Below are positions 17,022 through 24,596 of a stretch of DNA of 32,000 nucleotides, in pieces. The stretch is from Candidatus Electrothrix yaqonensis (lineage in GTDB: Bacteria; Desulfobacterota; Desulfobulbia; Desulfobulbales; Desulfobulbaceae). The first letter of the stretch is position 1; the number at the start of each line of letters is the position of its first letter. The translations under genes were made by a program, and so were the position numbers. The notes below the pieces were generated by a model. It did no database searches and was not told the DNA's origin. It saw only the letters and a program-made list of their open reading frames with translations. Where the stretch lies: NCBI GenBank assembly GCA_047651235.1, contig CP178758.1:2310001-2342000 (forward strand), given 5' to 3'.

Positions 17022-17357
17022 TTAGAGCTGCTCTGCCAACATATTAGCTCCAACATTTTCATGTATCCCGCAGAACACTTGGCAATTTTTTAAGATAAAA
17101 TCATGTAATTGAAGTTGGGCTACATGACCTTTACAGGGTTTCCCCTTCTTCGTAAGGGCGTGACAGCATGGGTTTTCATAATGCTTTTTCCATTTTTTCC
17201 AATTTGACAAACTAACTCCATGCTTTTTGGATTCAAATATCTCAGGAGCTTTTATATATTCGATAATTTCTTCTGGAGACAAAAAATAGAAGCCATCAAA
17301 TAAGTGTATAGAAAATTGAATACCAGCTTTATGCAGTTCATCTAGCTCTTTAATCAT
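17022..17357 (-). CDS. Hypothetical 111-aa protein with a Cys/His-rich (zinc-ribbon-like) C-terminus
   Basis: Open ORF in very AT-rich DNA. The cluster is NPCCHALTKKGKPCKGH...NCQVFCGIH. No family recognised. Confidence 0.45.
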   Translation of the reverse strand: MIKELDELHKAGIQFSIHLFDGFYFLSPEEIIEYIKAPEIFESKKHGVSLSNWKKWKKHYENPCCHALTKKGKPCKGHVAQLQLHDFILKNCQVFCGIHENVGANMLAEQL

Positions 17358-17440
17358 ATTTCCCCTTCTTGTATTGCTCTAACAGTATTAATAAGCGGAA
17401 ACTTTCCTCGCTATAGACCGTAATAGATTCCATAAATCTC

Positions 17441-17486
17441 CAACACATCCGCCAACCACCCGTAATACTGATCCCGCAAGTTCTGC
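17441..17486 (-). repeat. Copy A of the ~50-bp repeat flanking the TA modules
   Basis: CAACACATCCGCCAACCACCCGTAATACTGATCCCGCAAG is about 33/40 identical to copy B. On the minus strand it encodes MQNLRDQYYGWLADVLEIYGIYYGL*, whose ATG overlaps the higA stop (TGATG). Confidence 0.6.
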
Positions 17487-17487
17487 A

Positions 17488-17865
17488 TCACGCAGAAATA
17501 CTTTTCTCCGTTGCAACGAGCGGCTTCAGCCTGAAGATCGCCCGAGCTTCCGGTCGGTGCATGGCCTGCCACAAGTCCCAATCTTGTTGCAGGCCCAACC
17601 AGAAGTCAGCCGACATACCTACCACTTGCGACAGCCGCAAGGCAGTGTCCGGTGTGACTGCGGACTTGCCTTTGATGATGTTGTTCAGACGGGAATAGGG
17701 GATATCCAAGTGTCGGGCCAGCTCGGTTCTGGTGAGGTCGAGCGGCTTGAGGAATTCTTCCGCAAGCATCTCGCCTGGATGGGTCGGCGGGCGATGTTTG
17801 GGCAGCCGTCGTCTGACAGTTCGTTTAGTGGTAATCTGTGATTTCGACTTCGTAGGCATAGTCAT
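17488..17865 (-). CDS. higA: HigA-family antitoxin (HTH/XRE)
   Basis: THPGEMLAEEFLKPLDLTRTELARHLDIPYSRLNNIIKGKSAVTPDTALRLSQVVGMSADFWLGLQQDWDLWQA. Overlaps the higB 3' end. Confidence 0.9.
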   Translation of the reverse strand: MTMPTKSKSQITTKRTVRRRLPKHRPPTHPGEMLAEEFLKPLDLTRTELARHLDIPYSRLNNIIKGKSAVTPDTALRLSQVVGMSADFWLGLQQDWDLWQAMHRPEARAIFRLKPLVATEKSISA

Positions 17866-18118
17866 CCTCCCATTGAAAGCAGATGCGATACTGCCGGTTG
17901 ATCCGAATGCTGTACTGTCCCTCTCGGTCGCCTTTCAGCAACTCCAGACGATTTCCCGGCGGTACTCTGAGTTCGGCCAGCTCCCGAACCCGGTTGAGCT
18001 GATCCAGCTTGCGGCGGGCCACAGACCAGATCGACTTGGGGCAGCACTTCAACGCAGCCCGTGATACTGCGCCGTCGAATATATCTTCAGTGCCTGTGTC
18101 CTTGAATGAGTGAATCAT
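17825..18118 (-). CDS. higB: HigB toxin (RelE/ParE superfamily, plasmid-killer type)
   Basis: MIHSFKDTGTEDIFDG...PPGNRLELLKGDREGQYSIRINRQYRICFQWEDDYAYEVEITDYH. Confidence 0.9.
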   Translation of the reverse strand: MIHSFKDTGTEDIFDGAVSRAALKCCPKSIWSVARRKLDQLNRVRELAELRVPPGNRLELLKGDREGQYSIRINRQYRICFQWEDDYAYEVEITDYH

Positions 18119-18165
18119 AGCAACGGATCAGAAAAAATGAAAGCCCTCAATCACGCCCCAACCCG

Positions 18166-18216
18166 CACATCCAGTACATCCACCAGCCGCCCGTAATACT
18201 GATCCCGCACCAAGTC
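18166..18216 (-). repeat. Copy B of the ~50-bp repeat
   Basis: CACATCCAGTACATCCACCAGCCGCCCGTAATACTGATCCCGCACCAAGTC is 46/51 identical to copy C. The minus strand reads (LIVNVADYAAL)LDLVRDQYYGRLVDVLDVRVGA* and has no start codon. Confidence 0.7.
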
Positions 18217-18271
18217 AAGCAGGGCGGCATAGTCGGCCACGTTGACGATGAGCTACCATGCTCTCAGGTGG

Positions 18272-18766
18272 TTATGATGTCTCACCTGCTAACTGTAAAG
18301 CAGCCTGATACAGCCGATCATCTATCCTGAAGTCCACGTCAATCAAGCGGTTGAGGAGGGACTGCACGTCAGGGATAATCCCTGCTTTTTTCGCAATCAC
18401 GATCACGCCGATGGTTCCGCATAAAGCAATACCCAAGGCCTTCGCACATTTCCGTGCAGCCAGATCATCAACTACAGCCTGATATTCCGGGTGATGGTAA
18501 CTCCAGGAGAGTACCGCACTTTCACCGGCACCGAGATCCCATGCCGCAACAAGAGGTGTAACCGGTTCGATATCCTGTACCCATTGCCGACCGAATGTGG
18601 AAATCCAGTGTTTTGCGAGATCATCATCAGAGCCGTCGAGAATCTCCTGTTCAACGGCACGCGGAATGATCATCCGGTCACATGAATCCGGCAGCAGATG
18701 GGCATGCTCAATATTGGCAAGCGAGATAATAGGTGATGCGTTGACTGCCCACAGACGTTCAGGCAT
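18272..18766 (-). CDS. DUF3368 (PIN-like) putative toxin
   Basis: ...LGAGESAVLSW...AVVDDLAARKCAKALGIALCGTIGVIVIAKKAGII matches the DUF3368 pattern (GE.a.i.l......vilDD..aR..A..lgi...GtlGvl). 8-nt overlap with the upstream UPF0175 gene. Confidence 0.8.
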   Translation of the reverse strand: MPERLWAVNASPIISLANIEHAHLLPDSCDRMIIPRAVEQEILDGSDDDLAKHWISTFGRQWVQDIEPVTPLVAAWDLGAGESAVLSWSYHHPEYQAVVDDLAARKCAKALGIALCGTIGVIVIAKKAGIIPDVQSLLNRLIDVDFRIDDRLYQAALQLAGETS

Positions 18767-19013
18767 TCCCCACCTCTTTGGCTAAATCCTCCGGGGTGAT
18801 CTGATAGGGTGAGACATTGAACTGTCCCAAGGCCTTGAGGAATTGCGCCCGGCTGAGTCCGGCCAGTTCAGCTGCTTTGGCTTGCGAAATCTTCCCGATT
18901 TCGTACCATTTGACGGCTGCTGCCAGTCGTAGTTCCTGGACAAAGGCTGCTGGCGTGGTCCGGAGAATGGAAAACGATGCTTCCGGGAGATCTATTGTTA
19001 CATGGACTGACAT
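18759..19013 (-). CDS. UPF0175-family putative antitoxin
   Basis: MSVHVTIDLPEASFSILRTTPAAFVQELRLAAAVKWYEIGKISQAKAAELAGLSRAQFLKALGQFNVSPY. Start at the ATG at 19013 (AAGGAG upstream) rather than 19094. Confidence 0.8.
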   Translation of the reverse strand: MSVHVTIDLPEASFSILRTTPAAFVQELRLAAAVKWYEIGKISQAKAAELAGLSRAQFLKALGQFNVSPYQITPEDLAKEVGNA

Positions 19014-19176
19014 ACCTATACGCTCCTTTTTTTGTAAGGGGCTGTAATTTATCCATCCCCCTTGACTGTTGCGGCTGAACAGAGCGGCTTGCATCTTCTT
19101 TCCCTGCCCGCCTTATAATATCCTATCTCATCTTCTACAGAATGTATCTTGAAGTTTATGTGACTTGTTACATCCT

Positions 19177-19227
19177 CACATCCAACACATCCACCAGCCG
19201 TCCATAATACTGATTCCGCACCAAGTC
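19177..19227 (-). repeat. Copy C of the ~50-bp repeat; forms the 3' end of the 76-aa ORF 19168-19398
   Basis: CACATCCAACACATCCACCAGCCGTCCATAATACTGATTCCGCACCAAGTC. The minus strand reads FDLVRNQYYGRLVDVLDVRM*. Confidence 0.7.
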
Positions 19228-19551
19228 GAACACGCGGGGCACAAAGCGAATTTTATAGGACGGAGGAACGGTGAGGACGTTGGGTTCGACACGCCATTGG
19301 ATTGATTGCATGATATGCTCCAATATTGAGGAGGAATGCTGCGCCGACAGGTGAGTGTAAATTTTACCCACCGTAATTCCAAGCCGTTGCCTTGTCAAGG
19401 ATCTTTTTGCAGCAGTGCAGTCGATACGAATCCGTCGTGATACCTATCATGATGCAAGAGGATTATATGAGCAGGCCCCGCTGCACATCAGGCAGGGGGG
19501 CTGTTCAAAGACGCTTATTAGGCAAGCCTGCTGATGCTGACCGCACAGGCC

Positions 19552-22500
19552 TTATACTCCGGGGGTCAGGGCGATTTCATCCAAGCCCGGACTGGTGAGC
19601 AAATTGATGAGCGGCTCCTCATGGTGAAAGGCCATGAAGACGGAACCGGGCCGACAGCGTTCGGTAACGCAAACAGTGACTTCAATTGCATCCCGCCGTG
19701 AACGCACCCGCACCCGCTGCCCATCAACAATGCCGATTTTCGCTGCGTCTTCCGGGTGGATCTCCACCTTTTCCTCCGGCACCGAATCGATCAATCCGGC
19801 GCAGCGGCGGGTCATGGAGCCGTTATTGTAATGCTCACGCCGCCGACCTGTGACCAGGATAAAGGGATACTCCGCATCAGGCCGCTCCAAGGTCTCGACA
19901 TTGCCCAGGACCGAGAAATAGCCTTTGCCCCTGGTAAAGCTCTCCTGATGAAGGATCGGGGTGCCGGGATGATCGCTGTCCGGGCAGGGCCAGACCAGGC
20001 CCTCGCCTTCGAGGCGGGCATAGCTGACTCCGGCCATATTTGGAGTGCAGGCTGCAATCTCATCCATCACCGCCGCAGCATCAGGGTAGGCCATATCATG
20101 TCCTATGTCATTATTTATATCCTGTCTCATAGCCTGAGCCAAATTACAGACGATCTGCCAGTCAGGCCGACATTCGCCCGGCGGCTCCACTGCTTTGCGG
20201 ATGCGCCGGATACGGCGTTCGGCATTGGTGAAGGTGCCGTCCTTTTCATAGAAGCAGGCTGCCGGCAGAACAACATGGGCCATTTCGCAGGTCTTGGTCA
20301 GGAAGATGTCCTGCACCACCACCATCTCCATCTGAGCAAAAGCAGCCCGGACATTGTTGACATCGCCTTGGGTATGGAGCGGGTCATAGCCGATGCAGTA
20401 CATGCCCTTGAAACTGCCCTTGCGGGCGGCCTCGTACATCTCCGGCTCAGTCATGCCGGCCTCGGCAGGCAAATCCGCGCTCCAGCTCTGTCCCATCCGG
20501 CTGCGGGCGGCCTCATCCGCCACATCCTGATACCCGGAATAGACATACGGCAGCGCGCCCATGTCGCAGGAGCCTTGGACGTTGTTCTGACCCCGGAGCG
20601 GACAGATACCTGCGTTGCGCCGACCCACATTGCCGGAGGCCAAAGCGATATTGGCCAAGCCCATCACGCCTTGAGTGCCGTTGCGGTGCTCGGTCATGCC
20701 AAGACCGTAAAGGATCATACCTTTCTTGGTTGAGCAGTAGAGCCGAGCCGCCTTGCGCACCAGCTCCGCAGGCACTCCGGTCTGCTCGGCCATGATCTCC
20801 GGCGCAGAGTGAGCAACATGCTCGCGCACCTTATCCAGGTTCTCGGTTCGGGCGGCAATGAAATCCTTGTCCTCCAGACCCTCGTCCAAAATCGCATAAA
20901 GCAGGGAATTGAGCAGCAGGACATTGGTGCCCGGAATAAGCTGGAGGTGAATATCGGCCAGCCCTGCCGGCTCAGTGCGACGCGGATCAATAACGATCAG
21001 CTTACCGCCCTTGTTCAGCGCACGACGCATTTTCATGCCGACGACCGGATGCGCCTCTGTGGGATTGGAGCCGCTGATCAGCAGCACCTCGGCACCTTCG
21101 ATATCAGCCAGGGCGTTGGTGGCCGCACCGCTGCCCAGAGCGATGCTCAGGCCGCTCACTGACGGGGCATGGCAGACCCGGGCGCAGTTATCCACTGAGT
21201 TGCTGCCAAACACAGTTCGGCAGAACTTCTGGGCCAGATAGTTGACCTCGTTCTCACAGCGGGACGAGGAGAGTACACCGAGAGCCTGCGGTCCATCCTG
21301 TTCCTGAATGCGCAGAAAGCCTGCCGCAGCAAAGGACAGGGCCTCCTGCCAGCTTGCCTTTCGGAAGGGTTGATCAATTCTTTCCCGGATCAATGGCATG
21401 GTCAGACGCTCCGGGTGACGATAAAAATCATAGCCGAAGCGGCCTTTGACACAGAGATCGCCGTTGTTAGGCGGCGCATCGGACAGGGCCTTGATCTCGA
21501 CGATGGTGCCGTTTTTCACGGCAATATCCACGCTGCAGCCGGTACCGCAATAGGTGCAGACGCTACGGATTTGTTCGGCCTCGCCGGGCAGCAGCGGCAG
21601 GGCAAGCTGCTTCTTGGTCAGCGCACCGGTCGGGCAGGCATCCACGCAGGCCCCGCAGGAAACGCAGTTGTCCTTGATGGTCAGCGTCGGCGTCGGCTCG
21701 CCCGGTGCAAAGACAAAGGCATCAAACTCGCAAGACCGCTCGCAGCGTTGGCAGCCGATGCAGCGGTCCGCATCAATACTGATAAAGGGATGCAAATTAT
21801 TCACTGCACTTTGTCGGTCGGTCGGAGCGGTGCCGGCAGAGACCTTATGATCCCGGCAAAGCGGACGCAGCTCGCATTTACTCAGACCGGTGCAGCCGCA
21901 TTCCAGGCAGCGTTGAGCCTCGCGTACAGCCATCTCCTCGCTGTAGCCCGACTCGGTTGGGCTGAAATCGCGGCAACGTTCATCAACCGCCTGCTGCGGC
22001 ATCAGCGATCGTGCCTGAATCGCCATGCCGCTGTAGTTGCTCATGTCGATGCCGTCTAATTTTCGCCCTTTGCTGAAGTTGCAATGGCCGTCCGCCAGTG
22101 CTGTCTCGGCCCCGCCAAACTGCCGGTGCATGGCCTCGGCAGCCTTGCGGCCCGCGTTCACCGCCTGAATCACCGAGCGCGGTCCGCCAGCGACCTCGCC
22201 GCCTGCATAAATGCCGGGCAGGTTGGTCCGCATAGTGGCTTTGCCCACCTTAATGTTTTTTTGCGGCGTGATTTCCAGCCTGCTTTCCAATTCGCCAAAG
22301 GACAGAAAGCTGTCATCAGCCTGCCGACCTTGACAATGCAGAACAGTGCCGCCCTGCCAAATCAGGGAGCCGCCCTTCCTGAGCACAGGAACACCTCGGA
22401 CATCATCAACCAGCTCTGTCCGAGCCAGCTCCGCTGTCAGCGTAGTCTCATTCTCCTGCTGAACAGCAAGCAGGGCGGTCAGCATCAGCATCTGCACCTT

Positions 22501-23601
22501 TTCCTCCTGAGCTGCCTGAATATCTTTCTCATAAGCAGTCATGCGGACAGCAGGACGGTCATGAATCAGCGTGACCTCGTCCGCGCCGAGACGCAGGGCA
22601 ATGCGGGCCGCCTCCACAGCGAGCTTGCTGCCCCCGACAACCAGGACCTTGCCGGACAGGGAAGTCAAACCACCTTGGTTGACTTGAGCGAGAAAATCCA
22701 GACCGTCCTGAGTCAGCTCGCTGCCCGGCACGTTTAACTTTTTATGACCGGAAAGACCGGTAGCGATAAAGATCGATTCAAAGCTCTGCTGCTCAAGATC
22801 AGCCAGCGAGAAGTCTTTGCCCCAGACCTGACTGGTCTTGGCCTCAACACCAAGAGAAAGGATGTTTTCAATCTCCCGTGTCAGATTTTCCTTGGGCAGC
22901 TTGAAAGAGGGAATGGCAGTGCGGGCTGCGCCGCCCAAGGCCGGGCCTGCCTCAAAGATGGTGACGCTGTGGCCTTGCTTACGCAGGAACCAGGCTGCGC
23001 TCAGGCCAGCCGGGCCGCCGCCGATGATTGCCGCCTTGTGCCCGGTGGCCGGAGCAATTATCTCCGGCGGCAACGGATGCTGGGCCGCATAATCAAAGGC
23101 AAAGCGTTTCAAGTTGTTAATGGCAATGGACTCATCAAGCAGGGCACGGCGGCAGGAGTGCTCGCAAAAGGCCGGACAGACCCGACAGACAATACCGGGC
23201 AGGGGATTTTTCTCCCGGATCAATCGGAGGGCCGCGCCGAACTGCCGCCGGGCGATCAGACCGATGTAGCCCTGCACGTTGATTGAGCCGGGGCAGGTTA
23301 TGCTGCACGGGGCCTTGCAGTCGCCGTAATGCTTGGCGGCCAGCCGGGTCAGCCGCTCCTTGCGGTGCTGAACCAGTTCCCGGGTTTCTGTCTTAATCAC
23401 CATGCCCTCAGCAACCTGGGTCGTGCAGGCCCGCGCCCTTTTGCCGTTCACTTCCACAAGACAGGGCTGGTCAGCATCGCGCTTCCCCGGCAAATGACAA
23501 AGATGGGGAATACTCACTCCGGCCTCTTTGGCCGCAGCCAGGATAGTTTGCTCAGCAGCAACACTGCATTGCTGACCATTCATTATCAAGGGTATACTCA
23601 T
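19552..23601 (-). CDS. fdhA: Fusion protein: [2Fe-2S]-like N-terminus + GltD/SfrB-like NAD(P)H flavoprotein + 4Fe-4S + formate dehydrogenase alpha (molybdopterin, Cys-type). The 3' end is frameshifted; the likely true end is 19518.
   Basis: NPLPGIVCRVCPAFCEHSC, KAAIIGGGPAGLSAAWFLRKQGHSVTIFEAGPALGG, CIGCQRCERSC/CVSCGACVDACP, SVCTYCGTGCSVDI...GDLCVKGRFG, NCARVCHAPSV. The start ATG at 23601 overlaps the mvhD stop (ATGA). Confidence 0.9.
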   Translation of the reverse strand: MSIPLIMNGQQCSVAAEQTILAAAKEAGVSIPHLCHLPGKRDADQPCLVEVNGKRARACTTQVAEGMVIKTETRELVQHRKERLTRLAAKHYGDCKAPCSITCPGSINVQGYIGLIARRQFGAALRLIREKNPLPGIVCRVCPAFCEHSCRRALLDESIAINNLKRFAFDYAAQHPLPPEIIAPATGHKAAIIGGGPAGLSAAWFLRKQGHSVTIFEAGPALGGAARTAIPSFKLPKENLTREIENILSLGVEAKTSQVWGKDFSLADLEQQSFESIFIATGLSGHKKLNVPGSELTQDGLDFLAQVNQGGLTSLSGKVLVVGGSKLAVEAARIALRLGADEVTLIHDRPAVRMTAYEKDIQAAQEEKVQMLMLTALLAVQQENETTLTAELARTELVDDVRGVPVLRKGGSLIWQGGTVLHCQGRQADDSFLSFGELESRLEITPQKNIKVGKATMRTNLPGIYAGGEVAGGPRSVIQAVNAGRKAAEAMHRQFGGAETALADGHCNFSKGRKLDGIDMSNYSGMAIQARSLMPQQAVDERCRDFSPTESGYSEEMAVREAQRCLECGCTGLSKCELRPLCRDHKVSAGTAPTDRQSAVNNLHPFISIDADRCIGCQRCERSCEFDAFVFAPGEPTPTLTIKDNCVSCGACVDACPTGALTKKQLALPLLPGEAEQIRSVCTYCGTGCSVDIAVKNGTIVEIKALSDAPPNNGDLCVKGRFGYDFYRHPERLTMPLIRERIDQPFRKASWQEALSFAAAGFLRIQEQDGPQALGVLSSSRCENEVNYLAQKFCRTVFGSNSVDNCARVCHAPSVSGLSIALGSGAATNALADIEGAEVLLISGSNPTEAHPVVGMKMRRALNKGGKLIVIDPRRTEPAGLADIHLQLIPGTNVLLLNSLLYAILDEGLEDKDFIAARTENLDKVREHVAHSAPEIMAEQTGVPAELVRKAARLYCSTKKGMILYGLGMTEHRNGTQGVMGLANIALASGNVGRRNAGICPLRGQNNVQGSCDMGALPYVYSGYQDVADEAARSRMGQSWSADLPAEAGMTEPEMYEAARKGSFKGMYCIGYDPLHTQGDVNNVRAAFAQMEMVVVQDIFLTKTCEMAHVVLPAACFYEKDGTFTNAERRIRRIRKAVEPPGECRPDWQIVCNLAQAMRQDINNDIGHDMAYPDAAAVMDEIAACTPNMAGVSYARLEGEGLVWPCPDSDHPGTPILHQESFTRGKGYFSVLGNVETLERPDAEYPFILVTGRRREHYNNGSMTRRCAGLIDSVPEEKVEIHPEDAAKIGIVDGQRVRVRSRRDAIEVTVCVTERCRPGSVFMAFHHEEPLINLLTSPGLDEIALTPGV

Positions 23602-24206
23602 GCAGCTTCCCCCCCAAGCAACGCTGTCAAATTCTTCTCGCACTTGGTTGCAACCAAGTCGGCAATGGCTGGTCGGGAGAAGTCACCACTCTTCATCATT
23701 GCCCTGCTCGCGCTGATCAAATTGGTGCGAATTTTTTTGTTCCGGGCCACCTCAGCAGCCAAGAGCAGCTTTTTGCGCAACTCCTCCTGATCCATGCCTT
23801 CCGCCTGTCCCAGCGGACCCAACTCAGTAGCCTGCTCGGTAAAGCGGGTGATGATCTTGACAAAGTTCGGGCCTTCCGCAGCCGAGGCCCAATCGATCAG
23901 AAAGCGGTCCTTGCTGATGCCGAGCCGCTCCAGGGTTTCATGCACTAGGGCAGCAGAGACCAGGGCATGGTAGTTGCCGTCAATATAATGGCATTCGCCA
24001 GGATGACAGCCGCCGACAAAAACGGCGTCCGCACCGTTGGCCAAGCCTTCGAGCGGAAAGGAAGGATCAAGCCGGCCAGTACACATCATCCGGACAACCC
24101 GCAGGCTGGGCGGATACTGATAACGGCCCACCCCTGCTGAATCGGCTGCGGTGTAGCAGCACCAATTACATAAGAAACCTAAAATTTTCGGTTGATAATC
24201 AGACAT
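23598..24206 (-). CDS. mvhD: MvhD/FlpD-like hydrogenase iron-sulfur subunit (Hdr-associated), with a C-terminal extension
   Basis: KILGFLCNWCCYTAADSAGVGRYQYPPSLRVVRMMCTGRLDPSFPLEGLANGADAVFVGGCHPGECHY. Confidence 0.85.
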   Translation of the reverse strand: MSDYQPKILGFLCNWCCYTAADSAGVGRYQYPPSLRVVRMMCTGRLDPSFPLEGLANGADAVFVGGCHPGECHYIDGNYHALVSAALVHETLERLGISKDRFLIDWASAAEGPNFVKIITRFTEQATELGPLGQAEGMDQEELRKKLLLAAEVARNKKIRTNLISASRAMMKSGDFSRPAIADLVATKCEKNLTALLGGEAA

Positions 24207-24470
24207 ACTCTCTCTCCGTGAGGGTAAAAGGAAACGTTATCCCGCAGCAATGCCGGGGAGCAATGTATTGAACACGGTTAGGCGTCAGACGGCTGTCAGT
24301 CCGTCTGCGCTATGAGAGATATGCGGGAAGTCCGCAGAGGAGAGCGTCAGGAAAGGACCGGAGCCGCCGACAGTTTTCCCGAACCCGAACCGGGTCGGAA
24401 ACAGCAGTTTCAGCTATGAAAACAAAGAGTCAGCATGTGATAGTAATGATCCTGAATGAATTGATAAGGT
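24207..24470 (-). promoter_or_regulatory. mvhD-fdhA leader/promoter region, paralogous to the hdrA leader
   Basis: Hairpins at 24379-24398 (CCGAACCC/GGGTCGG) and 24285-24308 (CAGACGG/CCGTCTG), plus shared sequence blocks in the same order as 14897-15160. Confidence 0.5.
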
Positions 24471-24596
24471 TATAATCGTTACAAAATTGACATACTTTTA
24501 TCGGGATTGCAAGGGAATGATATCGAAACAGTTCCACTGGCCGAAGGATCAGCCTGAAAACAAAATAATTATCCGAAATCCACAGCTGTTCATTGT

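Noticed and set aside
17441-19227. Reading the TA-flanking repeats as integron attC sites (a chromosomal integron cassette array)
   Set aside because: I found no RYYYAAC/GTTRRRY core pairs at the repeat ends (GTTGGGG and GTTGGAG both fail the final Y). There is no convincing R''-L''/L'-R' symmetry and no intI in the window. All copies keep one open reading frame, which fits gene remnants better.
21172-21174. Possible selenocysteine (in-frame TGA) in FdhA or HdrA
   Set aside because: The catalytic position in FdhA is TGC (Cys). Neither gene contains an in-frame TGA other than the stop created by the hdrA frameshift, which lies in the (TA)n tract rather than at a known Sec position.
19756-23790. 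Multiple plus-strand ORFs (325, 229, 217, 180 and 153 aa) opposite the fdhA fusion/mvhD
   Set aside because: Antisense shadows of a continuous, motif-rich minus-strand gene.
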